From an uncultured Gallionellaceae bacterium (GTDB lineage Bacteria; Pseudomonadota; Gammaproteobacteria; Burkholderiales; Sulfuricellaceae): a DNA stretch of 24,244 nt. The translations under genes were made by a program, and so were the position numbers. The stretch is from assembly GCA_937873435.1 (NCBI GenBank), contig CALMWM010000063.1, positions 1 to 24,244 on the forward strand, in the 5' to 3' direction. The notes beneath the pieces are model-generated. The model made no database searches, was not told where the DNA came from, and saw only the letters and a list, made by a program, of their open reading frames with translations. Shown piece by piece: positions 18,582-24,244 of the stretch; positions within the stretch are counted from its first letter, which is position 1, and each line of letters opens with the position of its first letter.

Positions 18582-18612
18582 ACTCAACACTAAACACTCA
18601 TAACTAAAAACT
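18582..18612. repeat. Degenerate heptamer tandem repeat (~4.4 copies)
   Basis: ACTCAAC ACTAAAC ACTCATA ACTAAAA ACT, with a 7-nt period, in the PilZ-pyrD gap. Confidence 0.6.
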
Positions 18613-18620
18613 GCTTTCAT

Positions 18621-19547
18621 TTAGGCTAGGGTGTGAGGATGCTCGATCATCTGCTGGTAGATCATGCTTTGCAGAATCACGCTGTCGTTGGGTTGTAGAT
18701 TGACGAATTCGAGTCCGTGATGAATCAACGCGGTGCCGCTGCTATCCACCACTTCATCGGTGAACACCGCGCGCACCGCGGCGTTCACGGTGAGATAGGC
18801 ATCGATATTGTGCAGGTTGACGCGAAACGACACCTTGAGGGTATCCCCTTTTTCCGCCAGGTTGCGCCGCGCATCGAGCAAAGCGCCGTTGGCGCTGAGA
18901 TTGGAAATCATCCCCGAGGCGCTATCCGTCCCCTGCGCGCCTGCATTCACCGAGGCGATAATCTTGGTTCTGACACGCGGTGCCTTGCGGATCACCATCC
19001 CCTGCACTTCGGCCGGAAAGGAAAGATGCAGGTAGTCGAACGGCAACTTGCAGACTTTTTCTATCGTACTGGCGAAGCCGAAAGCATTCTGGCTGGAAAA
19101 TATCCGTACCACCAGTTTCTCGCCTTCGATCAACTGCAAACGCAGGCCATGGGTAGTCATCGGTGCGGTCACCAGCAAGCTGACGTTGTTGACGTAGCCG
19201 ATCAGTTTAACCAGGAAGCGTTCCGGCGAAAGCTGGGCGGGCGGCTGGATTTGCAGGCGGTCGCCGACTTTCAGATTCATCGCGTCGAACTTGAAGCTGG
19301 TCTGCTGGCCCGATTTGCTGGTGTCCGCCTTGGTGATAACCTCGGCGGTCAGCTCTTCGGCGCCGTCGCCGCCGGCATCCCAAGTCAGCTCGCGGCAAGG
19401 ATGATTGTCGAGCAATAACAGCAACTGCTCTTCGTTCTGGATCACATCGCCCGCCGCCGCCATGCGGTTGCGCTGCGGGTCGAACACCGCCCACGGCAAC
19501 GGTTTGCCGATTTCCAGTTCTTCCTTGTCGATCGGTATCAGGCTCAT
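18621..19547 (-). CDS. YcgR/flagellar-brake-like protein (PilZN + PilZ) with an N-terminal extension, 308 aa
   Basis: PilZ motifs RKAPR (RxxxR) and NLSANG (D/NxSxxG), preceded by a YcgR-N-like LIGY...VSLLVT segment. Confidence 0.8.
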   Translation of the reverse strand: MSLIPIDKEELEIGKPLPWAVFDPQRNRMAAAGDVIQNEEQLLLLLDNHPCRELTWDAGGDGAEELTAEVITKADTSKSGQQTSFKFDAMNLKVGDRLQIQPPAQLSPERFLVKLIGYVNNVSLLVTAPMTTHGLRLQLIEGEKLVVRIFSSQNAFGFASTIEKVCKLPFDYLHLSFPAEVQGMVIRKAPRVRTKIIASVNAGAQGTDSASGMISNLSANGALLDARRNLAEKGDTLKVSFRVNLHNIDAYLTVNAAVRAVFTDEVVDSSGTALIHHGLEFVNLQPNDSVILQSMIYQQMIEHPHTLA

Positions 19548-19563
19548 CGCGTATATGTCCGAA

Positions 19564-20940
19564 TCAGAAAGGGAGCTCCGCGTCAGGCGCGGCGGCCAGG
19601 ATTACCTTGCGGAAATCGTCCTGGATGCGCTGTAGCGCCGCGGCGCTGTCCGCCTCGAAGCGCAGCACGATCACCGGCGTGGTATTGGACGGGCGCGCCA
19701 GGCCAAAGCCGTCGGCATATTCGACGCGCAGGCCGTCGAGGGTAATGATCTCCTGTGCGCCGGGGAACTTGGCATCCCGTTTCAGCGTGTCGATCACCGC
19801 GTAGTTCTCGCCTTCCTTCAGCTTGATCTGCAATTCCGGGGTGTTCACCGAATCAGGCAAGCCATGCAGGGTGGCGTCGATATCCGCCTGGCGGCTGAGG
19901 AATTCGAGCAGGCGCGCGCCGGCGTACAAGCCGTCGTCGAAGCCGAACCAGCGTTCCTTGAAGAATACGTGGCCGCTCATTTCGCCGGCCAGCAACGCGC
20001 CGGTTTCCTTCATCTTGGCCTTGATGAAGGAATGCCCGGTGCGGCACAGCACCGGTACCCCGCCGTGGTTTCTGATCCACGGGGCGAGGTTGCGGGTCGA
20101 TTTCACATCGTAAATCACCTGCGCGCCGGGGTTACGGCTCAGCACGTCCTGCGCGAACAGCATCAACTGGCGGTCAGGGTAAATGATGCGCCCGTCCTTG
20201 GTCACCACCCCCAAACGGTCGCCATCGCCGTCGAAAGCCAGGCCGATTTCGGCAGTGCCGCTTTTCACCGCGGCGATCAAGTCTTGCAGGTTTTCCGGCA
20301 CCGACGGGTCGGGATGGTGGTTGGGGAAATGGCCGTCCACTTCGCAGAACAGCTCCTGCACCTCGCAGCCCATGGCGCGGAACAGCTTGGGCGCAAACGC
20401 GCCGGGGACGCCGTTGCCGCAATCGACGGCGATTTTCATCGGGCGCGCCAGCTTGACGTCGGAGACAATGCGCTGGATGTATTCGTCGGCAATATCATGC
20501 GTGCGATAGCTGCCGCTGCCGTTGACCAGATTGCCGTTTTCCAGGCGCGCGCGCAGCCCCTGGATCGCCTCGCCCGCCAGGGTTTCGCCGCCCAGCACCA
20601 TTTTCAGGCCGTTGTAGTCGGGCGGGTTATGGCTGCCGGTGACCATCACCGCCGAATGGGTGTCGAGCTGGTAGGCGCCGAAATAGGTCATCGGCGTTGC
20701 CACCAGCCCCAGGTCGATCACGTCGATGCCGCTTTTCTGGATGCCGCGCGCCAGCGCTGCCGCCAGATCCGGCCCGGACAGGCGTCCGTCGCGCCCGATC
20801 ACGATGGCGCGTTGCTTACGTGCCACGGCTTCCGAACCGATGGCATGGGCGATGGCCTCGACCCCCTCGGTGGTCAGGGTTTTCCCGACGACGCCGCGAA
20901 TATCGTAGGCCTTGAAGATTTCCTTGGGTAGATTTGTCAT
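19564..20940 (-). CDS. algC: Phosphomannomutase/phosphoglucomutase, 458 aa
   Basis: IFKAYDIRG, VTGSHNPP (phosphoserine), DGDGDR (metal), GEMSGH and RPSNT. Confidence 0.95.
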   Translation of the reverse strand: MTNLPKEIFKAYDIRGVVGKTLTTEGVEAIAHAIGSEAVARKQRAIVIGRDGRLSGPDLAAALARGIQKSGIDVIDLGLVATPMTYFGAYQLDTHSAVMVTGSHNPPDYNGLKMVLGGETLAGEAIQGLRARLENGNLVNGSGSYRTHDIADEYIQRIVSDVKLARPMKIAVDCGNGVPGAFAPKLFRAMGCEVQELFCEVDGHFPNHHPDPSVPENLQDLIAAVKSGTAEIGLAFDGDGDRLGVVTKDGRIIYPDRQLMLFAQDVLSRNPGAQVIYDVKSTRNLAPWIRNHGGVPVLCRTGHSFIKAKMKETGALLAGEMSGHVFFKERWFGFDDGLYAGARLLEFLSRQADIDATLHGLPDSVNTPELQIKLKEGENYAVIDTLKRDAKFPGAQEIITLDGLRVEYADGFGLARPSNTTPVIVLRFEADSAAALQRIQDDFRKVILAAAPDAELPF

Positions 20941-20964
20941 GAGGTTTCTTGTTAAGAATTAAAT

Positions 20965-21085
20965 CTGGAAACGGCAGTGGATGGGATGACCGGCGTTCCC
21001 CGAACAGGAGAACCTGTCATGCGCAAACCAGCATATTGAGGCATTGTGTCAAACATCCATGGAAGCGGTCAATGGCCGTTTCCAG
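20965..21085 (-). other. Predicted long stem-loop in the algC 5' region (candidate structured RNA)
   Basis: Perfect 11-bp inverted repeat CTGGAAACGGC (20965-20975) / GCCGTTTCCAG (21075-21085) enclosing further complementary segments. Confidence 0.45.
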
Positions 21086-21198
21086 GTAAAGCCCAGATTG
21101 TCCGTTGAGTGCGTAAAAGGATGGCGAGGCAGATATGACTGCTGACTCGGTGCCACAGTTATTCCCTGGACGACCGGCAAGAAGGGAAAACGACCACA

Positions 21199-21226
21199 AG
21201 CCTGTGCGCCAGCGCGCGCACAGGCT
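21199..21226 (-). terminator. Probable terminator or stabilising hairpin after the MCP gene
   Basis: AGCCTGTGCGC-6 nt-GCGCACAGGCT, an 11-bp perfect stem 29 nt past the MCP stop. The U-tract is poor (TGTGGTCGTTTT). Confidence 0.5.
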
Positions 21227-21254
21227 CGCAGAGCCGTTTAGGGGGCAATCCGGG

Positions 21255-22874
21255 TCAAACTTTGAATTGCCCGACCAGCCGCTGCAAATCCATCGCAATC
21301 CGCGAGACATCCTCGGCACCGGCGCCCATTTGCTGGATATTTACCGAATTTTCCTGGGACATCGCGGATATTTCCTCCATGTTGCGCGTGACCGCGCCGG
21401 TTGCCGAACTCTGCTGGCTGGTGCTGCTGACGATGCGGCCCACCCGTTCCTCGACCTGTCCGGCCGCCACCACGATCTGCTGCAACGATTCGCCGGCCTG
21501 GCGATTGTAGGCGGCCCCTTCTTCCACTTCCTGCTTGACCCCGCCCATGGATTGCACCGCCGCGACGGTTTCGCTGCGGATGCGGTCGATTACCCCGGAA
21601 ATTTCGCGGGTACTGGAGGTGGTCCGTTCCGCCAGTTTGCGCACCTCGTCCGCCACCACTGCGAACCCTCGCCCCTGCTCGCCGGCTCGGGCGGCTTCGA
21701 TGGCTGCGTTGAGCGCCAGCAGATTGGTCTGGTCGGCGATTTCCTTGATCACCGTGGTAATCTCGCCGATTTTCTGGATCGAATCGTTCAAGGCCGATAC
21801 CAGTTCGGCGGAGGTGTTGGTCGAAGCCACGATCCGCTGGGAGATTTCCATGCTCTTGCCCATATTGGCATTGCTGTCGGTAGCGCAAGTGCGGTTTTGC
21901 TCGACTGCGACGGCAGCATCCCTGGCGGCATTGGCAATCTCGCCGATCGCCGCCGACATTTCCTCCATCGCGCTGGTGACCTGACCGATCCGCTCGTTGC
22001 GCCCGCTGCCACGCGTCATCACCATATCCACGTTCTGCGAAAAGCCGGCAGAAGCCGTCGCGGCCAGATCCGCCATGTTTTTGACGCCGCCGATGATGTC
22101 GCGCAATTGCGCCAAGGCATTTTCCAGCGAAACCGCCATTTCCCCCAGTTCGTCCTTACGTTTGATTTGCATCGGAAAACTCAGGTCGCCCTGGGCGAGC
22201 CGGGCCAACGCCTCCTTCAACGCCACGACGCCGCGATGGATATCCGCCGAAAGCACGCCGATGCCGGCCAGCATCACCAGGATGCTCGCGACGAACACGC
22301 CCAGGCCGAGAAAGATCAGCTGCTTGCCGTTGGCGCGGCTTTCCTCGTAAGCCGCCTTGACCGAAGCCTGTTGCACCGTCACCAGTTGCGCCACCGGTTT
22401 CAGCAAGCCGGACTGGATGACCGGCCATTCGTCTTCCAGCATGGATGCAATGGTTTTTTTATCCTCGCTGCTATAGGCGGCTTCGAGCTTGTCCAGGAAA
22501 GCGGGGAACAGCCCCAGTTGCTTGTCGATTTTTTCGATCTGATCGAAGGATTCTTTGGTGAAAGTGTTCTGGCGGGTCTTTTCCTTGAACAACGCCCATT
22601 GCGCGGGAATGTTGGCGCGCGCCTCCCTGGCATGAATTTTCGAACCGGTTGCCGGCATCTGGTCGAGCAACACCCCGGCCATTCTGAAACGGATTTCCTT
22701 GAGGTTGCGGTCGATGTCCTGCAAGGCGGAAACCGGCTCCACCTGATGCTCGTAAACATTGGCGAGCGCTTCTGTCCCCTGGTTGACGCTGTAGATATTG
22801 ACGGCGACGAGGATGAGCGAAATCAGCCCGGCGAATACCCCGCCCAGCAACATTTTGGCCCTGATGCTATTCAT
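21255..22874 (-). CDS. Methyl-accepting chemotaxis protein with a periplasmic four-helix-bundle ligand-binding domain, 539 aa
   Basis: TM1, ~160-aa helical periplasmic region, TM2, HAMP (GDLS...DELGEM) and the conserved signalling tip. Confidence 0.93.
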   Translation of the reverse strand: MNSIRAKMLLGGVFAGLISLILVAVNIYSVNQGTEALANVYEHQVEPVSALQDIDRNLKEIRFRMAGVLLDQMPATGSKIHAREARANIPAQWALFKEKTRQNTFTKESFDQIEKIDKQLGLFPAFLDKLEAAYSSEDKKTIASMLEDEWPVIQSGLLKPVAQLVTVQQASVKAAYEESRANGKQLIFLGLGVFVASILVMLAGIGVLSADIHRGVVALKEALARLAQGDLSFPMQIKRKDELGEMAVSLENALAQLRDIIGGVKNMADLAATASAGFSQNVDMVMTRGSGRNERIGQVTSAMEEMSAAIGEIANAARDAAVAVEQNRTCATDSNANMGKSMEISQRIVASTNTSAELVSALNDSIQKIGEITTVIKEIADQTNLLALNAAIEAARAGEQGRGFAVVADEVRKLAERTTSSTREISGVIDRIRSETVAAVQSMGGVKQEVEEGAAYNRQAGESLQQIVVAAGQVEERVGRIVSSTSQQSSATGAVTRNMEEISAMSQENSVNIQQMGAGAEDVSRIAMDLQRLVGQFKV

Positions 22875-22919
22875 TGAAACGACTCCCTGATTCGCTTGCG
22901 GCTATTGGATCTTTTTTTC

Positions 22920-22943
22920 GGCAGGCGGCAAGCGCCGCCCGCC
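22920..22943 (-). other. Intercistronic GC hairpin between the rhodanese and MCP genes
   Basis: On the minus strand GGCGGGCGGC-GCTT-GCCGCCTGCC is followed by A7 rather than U, so it does not fit an intrinsic terminator in the sense direction. Confidence 0.55.
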
Positions 22944-22961
22944 TTGTTGCGTACAACCCGC

Positions 22962-23420
22962 TTATTCGACCGGCAAGCCCTTGGCCTTCCATTCCGGGAA
23001 ACCGCCGCGGAACCAGTAAACCTTCTTGTGGCCGTCCTTGATCGCCGCTACAGCGCCCTTGTAGCTCTTCCAGCATTCCGCACCGTTGCATTGGGTGATG
23101 ATCGCCGCATTCTTGTCGGCAGGCAGCTTGGCGACATCGAAGCTATCCTGGCTGGCGTCGAAATCGGCGGCCTTGGCGCTCTTTTCCTTGTATGGCACGT
23201 TAATCGCGCCCTTGATATGCGCCTCGGCATATTCATTGGCGACGCGCGTATCGATCATCTTGGCGCCGCCGTCCATCAACGCCTTGGCCTTGGCCGCATC
23301 GACAACTTCGGCGCCTTTCAGGCTGGCCGGGGTTTCATTGGCAAAAGCCGGGGCAGCAGCCACCAGCGCGCAGGACGCAACAGCGAAGAACACGCCACGG
23401 GTATAAGCGGAAAATTTCAT
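22962..23420 (-). CDS. Exported single-domain rhodanese-like protein, 152 aa
   Basis: GGAG SD before ATG 23420. Sec signal ending APAFA|N. Motifs IDTR...EY...HIKGA, loop QCNGAECWKS, and YWFRGGFPEW..GLP. Confidence 0.88.
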   Translation of the reverse strand: MKFSAYTRGVFFAVASCALVAAAPAFANETPASLKGAEVVDAAKAKALMDGGAKMIDTRVANEYAEAHIKGAINVPYKEKSAKAADFDASQDSFDVAKLPADKNAAIITQCNGAECWKSYKGAVAAIKDGHKKVYWFRGGFPEWKAKGLPVE

Positions 23421-23524
23421 TGTTTTAAGTCTCCATGTTGTTGACAATGCCAGACCCAGTCCAGGTCCCAGCCGAAGGTTACACCGCCAGTAGGGTCTTA
23501 TCAAGATTCCGCCGCCGGACGCGC

Positions 23525-23530
23525 TATAAT
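23525..23530 (+). promoter_or_regulatory. Candidate sigma70 -10 box for hemN
   Basis: Perfect TATAAT 32 nt upstream of the hemN ATG. No good -35 at 17 bp. Confidence 0.4.
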
Positions 23531-23562
23531 GCGCATCATCTGAAAAGTCCGATGGAAAAGCC

Positions 23563-24244
23563 ATGCAGCTCGCTACCGCATTACTCGAAAAATACAGCAA
23601 AGCCGGCCCGCGTTATACCTCCTACCCGACCGCCCCCTACTTCACCGAAAGCTTCGGCGAAGCCCAGTGGCTGGATGAGTTGCAGCAAACCCAGAACCTC
23701 GGGCGCGACCTGTCGCTGTATGTGCATATCCCGTTTTGCGACACGCTGTGCTACTACTGCGGCTGCAACATGGTGGCCACCAAGAAGTACGATAAGGCAA
23801 CCGAATACCTTGATTCGCTGTTTCACGAAATCGACCGCGTCGCCGCGCTCACCAACCCGGCGCGCACCGCGCGGCAATTTCACTGGGGCGGCGGCACACC
23901 CACCTATCTCAAACCCGACGACATCCGCCGCTTGTATGCGCACATCGCCGGCCAGTTCCGCATCGCCGACGACGCAGAAATCAGCTGCGAAGTCGATCCG
24001 CGCGAACTCAGCCGCGAACATGTGCGCGCACTGCGGCAAAGCGGTTTCAACCGGGTCAGCCTGGGCGTGCAGGACCTGGATGGCACGGTGCAGAAAGCCG
24101 TCAACCGGGTTCAGCCGGAAAGCCTGATCCGTGAAGTGTACGGCTGGATGCGCGAGGAAAACTTCGCCAGCATCAACCTCGACCTGATGGTCGGCCTGCC
24201 GCACCAGACCGTGGAGAGCTTCCGCGCCACCCTCGACAAGATCG
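23563..24244 (+). CDS. hemN: Oxygen-independent coproporphyrinogen III oxidase, 5' part (runs off the right edge; absent from the ORF track)
   Basis: KY...GPRYTSYPTA, LYVHIPFCDTLCYYCGCN (radical SAM), HWGGGTPT, EVDPR, RVSLGVQD and DLMVGLPHQT. Confidence 0.96.
   Translation, partial: MQLATALLEKYSKAGPRYTSYPTAPYFTESFGEAQWLDELQQTQNLGRDLSLYVHIPFCDTLCYYCGCNMVATKKYDKATEYLDSLFHEIDRVAALTNPARTARQFHWGGGTPTYLKPDDIRRLYAHIAGQFRIADDAEISCEVDPRELSREHVRALRQSGFNRVSLGVQDLDGTVQKAVNRVQPESLIREVYGWMREENFASINLDLMVGLPHQTVESFRATLDKI

Noticed and set aside
20985-21075. GCAAACC and GAACCTG words suggesting a c-di-GMP-I or TPP riboswitch
   Set aside because: They are on the strand opposite algC, and the remaining consensus elements are missing.
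21017-21319. 100-aa minus-strand ORF in the MCP-algC gap
   Set aside because: It overlaps the MCP 3' end, crosses the terminator-like hairpin, and has no SD or motifs.
9838-21660. A ~23-nt identical stretch (TTGCGCACCTCGTCCGCCACCAC) near 9839 and 21637
   Set aside because: It encodes the invariant VVADEVRK tip of two MCPs and is not a mobile or regulatory repeat.
16587-22877. Long plus-strand ORFs (16587-17642, 17488-18510, 19864-20931, 21135-22877), and similarly 3832-4881(-), 6799-7587(+) and 14241-15083(+)
   Set aside because: They are antisense shadows of well-identified genes, expected from high-GC codon bias, and have no recognisable motifs.
23441-23504. Perfect TTGACA at 23441 and ATCAA at 23500-23504 upstream of hemN (sigma70 -35, FNR site)
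   Set aside because: TTGACA is ~78 nt from the TATAAT with no -10 at the proper spacing. The FNR match is only a half-site.
1-24244. CRISPR arrays, tRNA/rRNA, IS or prophage genes, defence systems
   Set aside because: I found no regularly spaced repeats, cloverleaf or rRNA signatures, or transposase, integrase or nuclease motifs by eye. tRNAscan, cmscan and DefenseFinder were not run.

Overview
This is a GC-rich, densely coding chromosomal window. Gene content and order (lspA-fkpB, rnfABCDGE, nth-DUF1841, pyrD, algC, hemN, type I sqr) suggest a sulfur-oxidising betaproteobacterium of the Sulfuricella/Gallionellaceae type, which is an inference. From left to right it holds: a chimeric ORF (EchA/NuoL-type antiporter-like subunit joined in frame to the C-terminal part of LspA); fkpB; a convergent four-gene MSHA-like minor-pilin cassette; a small ORF plus sqr; ROK kinase, FHA protein, DUF1841 and nth; a PAS-degenerate GGDEF-EAL protein; an Aer-type chemoreceptor; rnfABCDGE; ald; pyrD; a YcgR-like PilZ protein; algC; a 4HB chemoreceptor; an exported rhodanese; and the 5' part of hemN. 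I saw no rRNA, tRNA, CRISPR array, transposase or integrase. Most of the window is housekeeping. The best candidates for undescribed biology are the exported rhodanese-chemoreceptor pair, the orphan minor-pilin cassette with an IPT/TIG-fused pilin, the small ORF ahead of sqr, and a long structured leader upstream of algC. The first ~460 bp are probably an assembly chimera. All family assignments come from recognised motifs, not from database searches.
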